Shown here piece after piece: positions 33,604 through 41,966 of a DNA stretch of 64,000 nucleotides. Each line of letters opens with the position of its first letter. The first letter of the stretch is position 1. Source of the stretch: Cyanophyceae cyanobacterium (GTDB taxonomy: Bacteria > Cyanobacteriota > Cyanobacteriia > Cyanobacteriales > Laspinemataceae); NCBI GenBank assembly GCA_038321985.1, contig JBBQFN010000003.1:96001-160000 (forward strand). The letters are read 5' to 3'. The notes beneath the pieces were generated by a model. That model saw only the letters and a list, made by a program, of their open reading frames with translations, had not been told where the DNA came from and searched no databases. The translations under genes and the position numbers were made by a program.

Positions 33604-33655
33604 AATTATTGTCAAATGCTTATTGAAGGTCCTGGACCTCCAATAAGCATTTGAC
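33604..33655 (-). terminator. Terminator-like hairpin closing the mini-CRISPR transcript
   Basis: Perfect 15-bp inverted repeat GTCAAATGCTTATTG (33611-25) / CAATAAGCATTTGAC (33641-55), extended to 21 bp by a G-U pair that forms only on the minus strand; AU-rich tail. Confidence 0.7.
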
Positions 33656-33662
33656 TGATTCA

Positions 33663-33773
33663 GTTTTGAGTCCCCTTGCGGGGAAGGTGTTGAAAATTGA
33701 AACTGATTTAAGGATTCGACTAACCGAAGAAAGCGAGTTTCAATCCCCTTGCGGGCGGAGTTTTCTAGCTTTA
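33663..33773 (-). CRISPR. Single-spacer mini-array with two degenerate repeats
   Basis: Minus strand: ...CGCCCGCAAGGGGATTGAAAC - spacer TCGCTTTCTTCGGTTAGTCGAATCCTTAAATCA(GTT) - ...TTCCCCGCAAGGGGACTCAAAAC. Keeps the hairpin and 3' end of the main repeat TTCCCCGCAAGGGGACGGAAAC. Confidence 0.85.
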
Positions 33774-33789
33774 TCAAGTTTTCATAAAT

Positions 33790-33818
33790 ATTATAGAGCT
33801 TTTTCTTCCATAAGTCAA
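33790..33818 (-). promoter_or_regulatory. Near-consensus sigma70 promoter driving the mini-array
   Basis: TTGACT (33818-33813)-N17-TATAAT (33795-33790) on the minus strand, just upstream of the first degenerate repeat. Confidence 0.75.
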
Positions 33819-33903
33819 GGGGGATGGGCTAGAATATGAGAATTATTAATTATGAGGTATCTGATGAAAAGACGAGATAAGCCCCACCCCCCCTAAGCTC
33901 CCC

Positions 33904-33941
33904 AACTGATTTAAGTATTCCTGGTAACCGAAGATTAGCGA
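33904..33941 (+). promoter_or_regulatory. Target site of the mini-array spacer in the leader of ORF 33965
   Basis: AACTGATTTAAGtATTCctggTAACCGAAGAttAGCGA versus 33701-33736 AACTGATTTAAGgATTCgacTAACCGAAGAaAGCGA. Confidence 0.8.
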
Positions 33942-33964
33942 ATTTACAAGAGAAGAACGAACAA

Positions 33965-34339
33965 ATGACCTACATAGATTTTCACTTCCCGACTTTCCCT
34001 CTCCAGCCCAATAGCTTGAATGGCTTTCTGCTGAGTCATTCCACTACGGAGTATCAACTTGCCTTACCGATAGTTGTCCCTCCGTTTAACCTGTCCTATA
34101 CCTTCTTAAGTGAGCCGGGTAAACAAATTGATACGGGGTTGCTAATGAGCCTCCCTTCGGAACAAGCACAGGTATTACCCGATAGTCAGTGGTCTCGTAG
34201 CACTGAACAAGCCCACGTACTTGTCCAAATTTTGACTCGTCTAATCGATGCGTTCATTCCAAAGTTAAACGTTTTCTTTGAGTTAAAGAAGCACAAAGAT
34301 AACAGTTTTGAGTTGCGCTTCAACGCCGCATCTAAATAG
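33965..34339 (+). CDS. Orphan 124-aa hypothetical protein (candidate crRNA-repressed toxin or regulator)
   Basis: ATG with purine-rich AGAGAAG upstream; no family recognised. Confidence 0.55.
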   Translation: MTYIDFHFPTFPLQPNSLNGFLLSHSTTEYQLALPIVVPPFNLSYTFLSEPGKQIDTGLLMSLPSEQAQVLPDSQWSRSTEQAHVLVQILTRLIDAFIPKLNVFFELKKHKDNSFELRFNAASK

Positions 34340-34657
34340 ATCCCCTCTAAAAAGTTTTGGTTATGCCTCTGGCGAGACTTCGCCCAGTGGCGTAATCAAA
34401 ACTTTTCATGCTTCAGCTTTTAACTGAGTAATAGGGATGTACTGGCAGACTGATAATCGAGTTTTTATGCTCGATTAACAATAAGCTGTATCAGTGTGTC
34501 CAAAATGGGGAAAGCCTAATTTATGGATTTCCCCTTTCTCTATATAGGGATATAGGGGATCTAAAGAATTTGGAGCATTTTTGGGCTACGTCTTGCAGCA
34601 GGACGACTGATTTTGACTAGCTATAACAGTAAAAATCAGGCGATCTCGTAATATCGC
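34337..34657 (+). ncRNA. Candidate multi-stem structured RNA (3' UTR element or ncRNA)
   Basis: 10-bp closing stem TAGATCCCCT/AGGGGATCTA (34337-46 / 34554-63) enclosing an 18-bp-plus hairpin and further stems; three more hairpins at 34589-34657; G-U pairs favour the plus strand. Confidence 0.5.
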
Positions 34658-34714
34658 TCACTTGGTTGCCAGCACATGACTCACCTAACTCCTGCACCTA
34701 TAACTACCCTAAAA

Positions 34715-34823
34715 CTATGTCAACAGAACCCACAACCGATTCCCAAGCTGGCCCCCCGCCAACCACTGCAAAATATCCGGACTGGGTGGATAAGTAAAAC
34801 GACTGCTCATTTATGGAAGACCC
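34715..34823 (-). pseudogene. Truncated second copy of the WYL gene 5' end (direct repeat copy 2)
   Basis: ATG 34810 reads MSSRFTYPPSPDILQWLAGGQLGNRLWVLLT-stop, with an 18-nt in-frame deletion relative to the intact gene. Confidence 0.9.
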
Positions 34824-34875
34824 CTCTTCAATATCCATGCTATAGTAACACAGAGTCCAAATTCAGGAAAACCCC

Positions 34876-35778
34876 ATGAAAGAAACCGGCATCCACCTGG
34901 AAATCAGTCAGCGGAAAACTCCCAGTGGGTTGAAATATCAACAGCTAACCATCGAATTAACCCGCAGCGATCGCGTGATTTACCCGGGCGAACTCAGCAG
35001 CTTAGAGTTACCCAACGGCATCGACACCACCCAAGGCATTGTCATTAACGGACGTGCTCCCATCTGGCTGTATGGCTACTTAATCCACGAATTACACCCA
35101 ACCGCATGGGTTGCCTGCAATGACCCGAGACTTGGTGCCGTCGTGGTTGCCACCCATTCTAAAACGGTCAAAATCGGTCAAGTGATTCCTTTAGAAGAAC
35201 GGGGAGATGGGTTAAATCCAGCCTTACTAATCGTTGGACCACCGGACAGTGGTAAAAGTGTTTTATCTCATGCTTTATTTCAATCCTTATTAGAGAGTCA
35301 GCCGAATATCTACTTACAACGGGCGAACTGGGATGGAGAAGGGAATTATGTTTTAGAACTATCCCCGGATGCTGATTCAGAGATATTTAAAGCGGCGAAT
35401 AAGGGGGGATTGACTACTGAGTTTTTTCCCTATCACGCCCAAGCTATCCTGGAACTTAGACGTAATAAAAATTTAACAATTGTGGATGTCGGAGGCATGG
35501 TACAACCAGAGAAGCAGCCGATATTAGAAGCCTGTACACATTATTTAATTATTAGTTCCAAACCCGAGGCAGTGGAACCGTGGCACGAATTTTGTCGCGA
35601 TCGGGGAAATTTAATTCCGGTTGCCGTTATTCACAGCAGTTTAGAACCATGCGAAACTATTCATCAAGAGCAACCTTATTTAGAAATCACCTGCGGTCCC
35701 TGGTTACGCGGGGATGCCTCGCGAGTTCCGGAGGTGTTATTGGAACGGGGTAAGGCATTGCTGGGTTCTTCCCTATAG
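34876..35778 (+). CDS. csx3: Csx3/Crn3 ring nuclease fused to a P-loop NTPase domain
   Basis: Csx3 motif GRAPIWLYGYLIHELHPTAWVA..DPRLGAVVVATH; C-terminal GPPDSGKS Walker A and IVDVGG. Confidence 0.88.
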   Translation: MKETGIHLEISQRKTPSGLKYQQLTIELTRSDRVIYPGELSSLELPNGIDTTQGIVINGRAPIWLYGYLIHELHPTAWVACNDPRLGAVVVATHSKTVKIGQVIPLEERGDGLNPALLIVGPPDSGKSVLSHALFQSLLESQPNIYLQRANWDGEGNYVLELSPDADSEIFKAANKGGLTTEFFPYHAQAILELRRNKNLTIVDVGGMVQPEKQPILEACTHYLIISSKPEAVEPWHEFCRDRGNLIPVAVIHSSLEPCETIHQEQPYLEITCGPWLRGDASRVPEVLLERGKALLGSSL

Positions 35779-35837
35779 ATGTTAGAGAGTTTTCTCTATG
35801 ATTTTTGTTAACTGATGTTCCCTAATATTGAGTAGTT

Positions 35838-38150
35838 ATGACCTCGCTTTCTCATGCACAAGCATTATCCGTTGCCCAAGAAGCCGTTTTAATTCTAGGA
35901 CGCTGGGCCGGTGCTTCTCCGTCAATATCAACCGCAACTGCTGATTCTAAAGCGGTTACCCAAGCAAAAGATCTTTTAAAATGGCCCCAGGATAGTCGGT
36001 CCAACCTAGAAAAACAGGTTAAGCCTTTGCGCTTGTTGTTTGATGATGTTAATTTGTCAAATGGTCAAGGGTCAAAAAACCACTACTGGCCGGTTGGTTA
36101 CATTGAAGATCATGACAGTTATCCCCCTATTCCCTATCCGCAGCCCCATGCTGACGACTTAGACCCAATTAAACCTCCTATTCAACAGGCGATCGCCTGT
36201 TTACAGCCAGACGAGTGGAATAATCTCTCGTTATTGATGCTGATTTTAGAAAAATTTGGCTCATATATTAGTTTTGGAGAGCAAGATAATGTTTCGTTAC
36301 TCGATTTGACCCGAATTACGGCAGCGGTGGCGGCGGCACTGGCGAACCAACCGGATGCTAAATGTTTAACGTTGATTGCTGGCGATTTATCGGGGATTCA
36401 AAAATTTATTTACACTATTTCTTCCGATGGAGCCTTAAAATCCCTCCGTGCTCGCAGTTTTTATCTGGAACTGGTGACGCAAGAGGTGGTAGAGCAACTG
36501 TTGTCAGCATTGGATCTGCCCCGGACTAATGTGATTTATGCGGGTGGCGGTAACTTGTATTTGCTTGCGCCGGGGGATGAGGAGACAACCGTTAAAAACA
36601 CGATTGCCCAAGTCCGCGATCGCCTTAATGAATGGTTGCGAAAAACATTTCAAGGCAAAATCTTTTTAGCTCTTGACTGCTTGTCATTTTCCACCAAGGC
36701 AGTGGGAACGCCAGACTTTGCCAAAGCATGGGAAAAGGCAACCAAACAACTGGCGGGACAAAAGTCTCGGAAGTTTCAGAGTCAAATTGCTGAACTGGTT
36801 AAACCGAAACCCGCTTACGAACCTTGTCGCGTATGCCATCGCGACGATCTCCTAAGTCTGAAACCGTTAAACTATCAGGAACCAGATTCTTGTATGGCCT
36901 GTTGGATGTGTCGGACCATGTTTGACCTGGGGGCCAAATTATTTAAAGTCGAGGCGATCGCCCGTTCCAAACAGTCCACAATTAAAGAATATACCGATCG
37001 ATTGAACATTGGAGGAACCTATTACTACTTATTCCCAGAATGGACAACGGCCAAAGCTATAGCTGATGAGGAATCCACCTTATTTTTAGTCAACGATTGG
37101 ACCCTAGAGCCTTACCGCACAGGTAATACGGTCCCTCTACTCCTGGGAAATTATTACGGACAGCGCTGTCCAGAATCCAGTCTTGATAATGCTGAACACC
37201 AATTTATGAATGCCCGGGAAATGGCCGCAATAGCCAAGGGTATCAAAAGAGTGGCTTCTTTGCGGATGGATGTAGACAATTTAGGCAAGATATTTGCTAA
37301 AGGTTTAGAGGAAAATCAGACCTTACCCCGACTTGCTGGACTCTCCCGCCAAATGAGTTATTTTTTCAAGGTTTACTTAAACAGTTTGGCAAAGAATAGG
37401 CAGGATAATTTACCGGCTAAAGCTAAAAAACTGTCTACTGAGTCTCGCCCAAATCTACTCTTTATCTATGCAGGAGGTGATGATTTATTTGTGAGCGGTA
37501 CTTGGAATGAAGTCGTAGAATTTGCCTTTGATATTTATCAATCTTTTCGAGCCTATACGGGTTATAATCCCGATATTACTTTATCCGGTGGCATCAGCCT
37601 TGATGGGGCTAAATTTCCGCTCTATCAAGCGGCAGAGGCTTCTGGAAAAGCCGAAAATGCGGCTAAAAACAATGGTCGAGATAGCTTGGGTTTGTTTGAG
37701 CAAGTGTTTAAATGGGATGAATGGCTAGGCTGTACTTGCCCGACGGTGGCTGACCCAGAAGATCGCGACTATCTTAAATCGGCTGAACATCCGCCAATCC
37801 TGGGGATTTTCCCATTGATTGAGCAACTGGACAAGCAAAAAATCGAGACCAATTATGCTCGTAGCTTTGTTCGCAGCTTGCTGGCAACGGCTCAGATGCA
37901 AGAACAAATGATTAAGGAGATTGAAACTAAGCGGAGGAGTCCAATCTATAAACAGGAAATTCAGGATATCCGATACTATTTGCATTTACCGCAAATGGCA
38001 TATACCTTAGCCCGATTGCCTCAACGAGTCAGGGAGCATCCGGAATTTGCTCCGGTGCGGCAATCTCTCAACAATCCTTATAATGCGCCTTATTTTCGGG
38101 CGATCGCAACTTGGCTAGAACTGTTAAACCGAACTCAATCCAATGACTAA
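35838..38150 (+). CDS. cas10: Type III-A Cas10/Csm1; Palm GGDD intact, HD domain apparently absent
   Basis: GDLSGIQKFIY, LRARSFYLEL, Zn finger CRVC..CWMC, MDVDNLG, YAGGDDLF; no HD motif in the short N terminus. Confidence 0.95.
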   Translation: MTSLSHAQALSVAQEAVLILGRWAGASPSISTATADSKAVTQAKDLLKWPQDSRSNLEKQVKPLRLLFDDVNLSNGQGSKNHYWPVGYIEDHDSYPPIPYPQPHADDLDPIKPPIQQAIACLQPDEWNNLSLLMLILEKFGSYISFGEQDNVSLLDLTRITAAVAAALANQPDAKCLTLIAGDLSGIQKFIYTISSDGALKSLRARSFYLELVTQEVVEQLLSALDLPRTNVIYAGGGNLYLLAPGDEETTVKNTIAQVRDRLNEWLRKTFQGKIFLALDCLSFSTKAVGTPDFAKAWEKATKQLAGQKSRKFQSQIAELVKPKPAYEPCRVCHRDDLLSLKPLNYQEPDSCMACWMCRTMFDLGAKLFKVEAIARSKQSTIKEYTDRLNIGGTYYYLFPEWTTAKAIADEESTLFLVNDWTLEPYRTGNTVPLLLGNYYGQRCPESSLDNAEHQFMNAREMAAIAKGIKRVASLRMDVDNLGKIFAKGLEENQTLPRLAGLSRQMSYFFKVYLNSLAKNRQDNLPAKAKKLSTESRPNLLFIYAGGDDLFVSGTWNEVVEFAFDIYQSFRAYTGYNPDITLSGGISLDGAKFPLYQAAEASGKAENAAKNNGRDSLGLFEQVFKWDEWLGCTCPTVADPEDRDYLKSAEHPPILGIFPLIEQLDKQKIETNYARSFVRSLLATAQMQEQMIKEIETKRRSPIYKQEIQDIRYYLHLPQMAYTLARLPQRVREHPEFAPVRQSLNNPYNAPYFRAIATWLELLNRTQSND

Positions 38151-38607
38151 CTCTGCAAAAAAACCACAACCTCCATCCAAATCTAGTTTTCAGCAACCAC
38201 AACCTCCATCAATGGACATTACCCAAGATATTATCCAAAAAATTGATGGGTTACCAGGAAACCTACAAACCTATCTGATTCGCGACTTAGTTAACCAGGC
38301 TGAAAAATTTGGCCCCTATCTCAAGCAGCAGGGCTTGAAGACGAACCAAGTGCGCAAATTTTTAGATGCAATCAACCGACTCAAATCTGTACTCGCTCAA
38401 GAAAACGACTTTTCCAAAATCGAAAATGAAGTGATACTCCTTAAACCAAAATTGGCTTATGCAGCGGCTCGCGGAAAGGCGACGAATCCGTTGAGTAAAG
38501 TCATGTCAAAAGCAATTGACAAAGTAAAGAGCAAAGAGGACTTTGAGCGATTAGTTCAGTTCATAGAATCAATTATTGCCTATCACAAAGCAGAAGGAGG
38601 AGAATAA
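38143..38607 (+). CDS. csm2: Csm2 small subunit
   Basis: TNQVRKFLD, LKPKLAYAAAR, F..FIESIIAYHK. Confidence 0.93.
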   Translation: MTNSAKKPQPPSKSSFQQPQPPSMDITQDIIQKIDGLPGNLQTYLIRDLVNQAEKFGPYLKQQGLKTNQVRKFLDAINRLKSVLAQENDFSKIENEVILLKPKLAYAAARGKATNPLSKVMSKAIDKVKSKEDFERLVQFIESIIAYHKAEGGE

Positions 38608-38609
38608 AA

Positions 38610-39572
38610 ATGTCAGCCGCAACTGAACAAAAACCATTACTAGGTAAATTTCGTCTCACTAGCACGCTCAAAGTTGAAACTGGACTGCATATTGGTGGGG
38701 GTGGAGAAAACCTGGATATCGGTGGATTGGATAAACCTGTGATTCGTGACCCTCTGACGCAATATCCTTATTTACCGGGTTCTTCGATTAAAGGAAAATT
38801 GCGAGCCATCTTGGAACGATTGCTCAATAAACCGCTTAACAGATTCGGTGGCAGCGGAGTTTATCGCTATGAAAGCGACGATTTAGAGGATGGCTATACC
38901 GAGATTGAGGGACAGATCATTCCCTATCAAGGTGCTCGGACTTGTCCCATTAGCCGAGTATTTGGTTCCACCGGCGGTTCTAACTGCTGGGTTAAAAGTT
39001 CTATTGCAACCAGTCAAGGATTGGAAGGGAAAGGGACGGACACAATAGAAGGAGAAGAATACACTAAAATTAAAGGACGAAATGCTCCTGCTCGTTTAAT
39101 TGTCCGAGATTGCCACTTATTGCCACAATCTGCTGAACTACTCCGCAAGGTGGACACGGGTCTATATATGACGGAGTGGAAGTTTGAAAATAGTATCGAT
39201 CGCATTACGTCAGCAGCAAATCCTCGTCAGTTTGAGCGCGTCCCGGCTGGGGCTGAATTCAAGTTTGAACTCGTCTATACGGTAGAGGATGCAACACAAG
39301 CGGCAGAAGATTTGCAAAATCTCGCGATCGCCTTAGCCATTCTCGAAGATGATGCCCTCGGCGGACATGGTTCTCGCGGCTACGGCAAAATCAGTTTCCA
39401 CAACTTTGAGTTTTTCTATCGGAGTATCGAGCAATATCGACGCATTGCAGGCGGTGGTAAAGGTTCCCAGGACTTTCCGCACCCACAAAATACTCCTGAA
39501 TTATTAGAAAAATTTGACGATTTAAATAAAGAAATCCAAAAATTATTAGGAGGAGATAATTCACTATCGTGA
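38610..39572 (+). CDS. csm3: Csm3 RAMP backbone RNase
   Basis: GLHIGG, IGGLDKPVIRDP (catalytic Asp present), PGSSIKGKLR, ANPRQFERVP, LGGHGSRGYG. Confidence 0.95.
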   Translation: MSAATEQKPLLGKFRLTSTLKVETGLHIGGGGENLDIGGLDKPVIRDPLTQYPYLPGSSIKGKLRAILERLLNKPLNRFGGSGVYRYESDDLEDGYTEIEGQIIPYQGARTCPISRVFGSTGGSNCWVKSSIATSQGLEGKGTDTIEGEEYTKIKGRNAPARLIVRDCHLLPQSAELLRKVDTGLYMTEWKFENSIDRITSAANPRQFERVPAGAEFKFELVYTVEDATQAAEDLQNLAIALAILEDDALGGHGSRGYGKISFHNFEFFYRSIEQYRRIAGGGKGSQDFPHPQNTPELLEKFDDLNKEIQKLLGGDNSLS

Positions 39573-40684
39573 GCATTTGTAAATTAGTTCAACTCAAATT
39601 TGGTAACAGTCCGGTTCACTTTGGAGACGTGGGAATCGGACTGGAGCAAAGCAGCGATCGCATTCGTTCTGATACGCTATTTAGCGCCTGGATCAGCGCC
39701 TATGCTCGACTGTTTGGAAAAGCGGGGGTAGAGGAATTATTACAACGGTTTTTTGCTGAGGTTCAACCGCCGGTGCGGATGAGTTCAACCTTTATCTACT
39801 CCCACCCCGAGGGGAAAAACGAGATTTACTACCTCCCGCGTCCGCTCAAGTTTCCCATCAAGTATCCCGATGAGGATTTGTCATTTTTCAAAGAGTACAA
39901 AAAACTGACTTATCTGCCGATTCAGGTATGGCATCGATGGTATCAAGGGGAGGGATTTACCACCAACGATGCACAGGAATTAATTGACAAAACGAAAAAG
40001 GCCCGCACTAGCAACGGCGCATTGCATCAAGCGGGAACCTTTAACTATGGAGAGACCTTTGAAACAGAAAAACGTCCTAAAATTGCGGTCGATCGCGTCA
40101 ACGCAGCAACCAACCTGTATCATACCGGCTTTGTCCAATTTAAGTGGGAGCAGCAGAATGACGAAATCCGCAGTTTAGCTGGATTGTACTTTCTGCTTGA
40201 GTTTCCCAAAGAAGATAAATCCTTGGAAACCAATATTCATGCCGCCCTTTCTCTCCTCGGTGAGGAAGGATTGGGGGGAAGGCGATCAAGTGGTGCAGGA
40301 CGATTTGAAATTAAGTGGGAGTCTTCCTTACTCACAGATTGGCAAAAAATCCTTAAACCCGCAAAGGATATGACTCATCACTGTGCAATTAGTTTGTTTT
40401 GGGATGATGATTCATCCGTCTTGAAGGAGCTGATAACAGACAAATGCAGTTATGAAATTCAAGAGCGCCGGGGGTGGATTGCCGGTTCTCCATCCGGCCT
40501 CAATTTGCGGCGAAAATCGGTGCAAATGTTTCTGGAAGGGTCGGTATTTCCTAAACCTCCCTTGGGTAAACTGGCGGATGTGACACCCGGGGGTTTTAAA
40601 GAACACAAAATTTATCGCAATGGCATAGCTTTGAGTATTCCCATTAAAGTTAAACCGGAGAAAATATCCAGTGACTGTCTCTAA
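39569..40684 (+). CDS. csm4: Csm4 RAMP
   Basis: HFG, SDTLFSA, GLGGRRSSGAG, EGSVF. Confidence 0.93.
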   Translation: MSICKLVQLKFGNSPVHFGDVGIGLEQSSDRIRSDTLFSAWISAYARLFGKAGVEELLQRFFAEVQPPVRMSSTFIYSHPEGKNEIYYLPRPLKFPIKYPDEDLSFFKEYKKLTYLPIQVWHRWYQGEGFTTNDAQELIDKTKKARTSNGALHQAGTFNYGETFETEKRPKIAVDRVNAATNLYHTGFVQFKWEQQNDEIRSLAGLYFLLEFPKEDKSLETNIHAALSLLGEEGLGGRRSSGAGRFEIKWESSLLTDWQKILKPAKDMTHHCAISLFWDDDSSVLKELITDKCSYEIQERRGWIAGSPSGLNLRRKSVQMFLEGSVFPKPPLGKLADVTPGGFKEHKIYRNGIALSIPIKVKPEKISSDCL

Positions 40685-41966
40685 CCCTAAAACTACTCTC
40701 ACGAAACCGGAGGTTTACGAGTCGAAGCGAATTCGTCTCACCAGTCAGATATTACATATTGGGTCGGAAGTTCAACGGTTAAGTCCGTTTGAATATGTGC
40801 AAACCTCCGATCACGTCTATCTTCCCCATTCCGACTCCCTTGCGAAAGCGCTCAAGCAGCGGGGGTATTTGGACGATTATATTCAAGCGATTGAAGATCG
40901 TGAAAGCATTGTCGGATTACTGGAAAATGCGTTTGGGGAAAACTGGAAAAATGCCACAGACCCGAATAATCAGCCCATTTTTCCGAAACTGTTTAGCAGT
41001 CGGAAATGGCCGGAGGGACAGGTCACGGATCTGCGCCCGATGATTAGAAATGGCATGGGACAGTTTTATATTCCCGGTTCTTCGATTAAAGGGGCAATCC
41101 GAACAGCGATCGCCTACCATCTCCTCAAACACGCAGACCAGTATCAAGTTCCTCAACAGCATCGCGTCAGTGCGATCGAGGAAAAACTACGGGAAAAAAT
41201 TGGGGATGGAGGTCTTTCAAAATTTCAGCAAAAATGGTTGGATGATGACTTATTTGAAAAAAGTTTATTCTGTAATTTTGACTTGTCCTATCAAGGAAAG
41301 TCTATCCGGGCCAGAGAAGGGCCAAATACTGATTTTATGCGGGCTATTCAAGTTACGGATTCTCAGCCATTAGTGGAACATACAGTCCCCAATAAACAAG
41401 GGAAAGAAATTCCTTACAACATTCCAGTTGTTGCTGAGGTGATGGTCTCCAGTCATTATCAAAACTGGCAAGCTAAATATCGAGCGTCAATTTATGCCGA
41501 AATGGTGGTCAAAGTCCGGACGGACTTTACTCTCTCTTTAGATACAGAAATGCTGTCTTGGTTTTCCCACCAAAGAGGAATGAAACTGCCCTTTCAAAAC
41601 TTGGAGGACATTTTGAAGATTTGCCAGGAATTTGCCCAAGAACAATGGGATTTTGAACATGATTACTGGGAGGATGTTAAAAACAACCTAAAAGATAATG
41701 GTCGTAACTTAGACTTTAGCCAAATTCGGGACAGTTACGAGGCTGAAAAGTGTCCCCATAGTTTGAGAGTAGGTTGGGGCAGCGGAATGCGGGGGACTAC
41801 GGTTAATTTGCTGTTTCCCGATGACTTGGTGGCAAATCTACGCGATGCTTGTGGCATTAAAGCGCCTGGATTTGAAGCCCCGAAATCCAGACGCACAGTC
41901 ATTAGTCACAAAGGAGAAATCAAATATGTTCCGGGATGGGTGAAGTTTCAGGAGTTGAAAAAGTAA
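40671..41966 (+). CDS. csm5: Csm5 RAMP
   Basis: LHIGS, YIPGSSIKGAIRTA, LRVGWGSG, PKSRR, PGWV. Confidence 0.92.
   Translation: MTVSNPKTTLTKPEVYESKRIRLTSQILHIGSEVQRLSPFEYVQTSDHVYLPHSDSLAKALKQRGYLDDYIQAIEDRESIVGLLENAFGENWKNATDPNNQPIFPKLFSSRKWPEGQVTDLRPMIRNGMGQFYIPGSSIKGAIRTAIAYHLLKHADQYQVPQQHRVSAIEEKLREKIGDGGLSKFQQKWLDDDLFEKSLFCNFDLSYQGKSIRAREGPNTDFMRAIQVTDSQPLVEHTVPNKQGKEIPYNIPVVAEVMVSSHYQNWQAKYRASIYAEMVVKVRTDFTLSLDTEMLSWFSHQRGMKLPFQNLEDILKICQEFAQEQWDFEHDYWEDVKNNLKDNGRNLDFSQIRDSYEAEKCPHSLRVGWGSGMRGTTVNLLFPDDLVANLRDACGIKAPGFEAPKSRRTVISHKGEIKYVPGWVKFQELKK

Noticed and set aside
33553..33839. ORFs 33553-33777 (-) and 33651-33839 (+)
   Set aside because: They overlap the mini-array, its promoter and terminator; better explained as non-coding
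34337..34563. Retron msr-msd interpretation of the structured region (closing inverted repeat plus long hairpin)
   Set aside because: No reverse transcriptase in the window, and G-U pairs favour the plus strand, which puts the long hairpin first, opposite to msr-msd order
34676..34879. 67-aa plus-strand ORF before csx3
   Set aside because: Largely the antisense reading of the duplicated WYL 5' end
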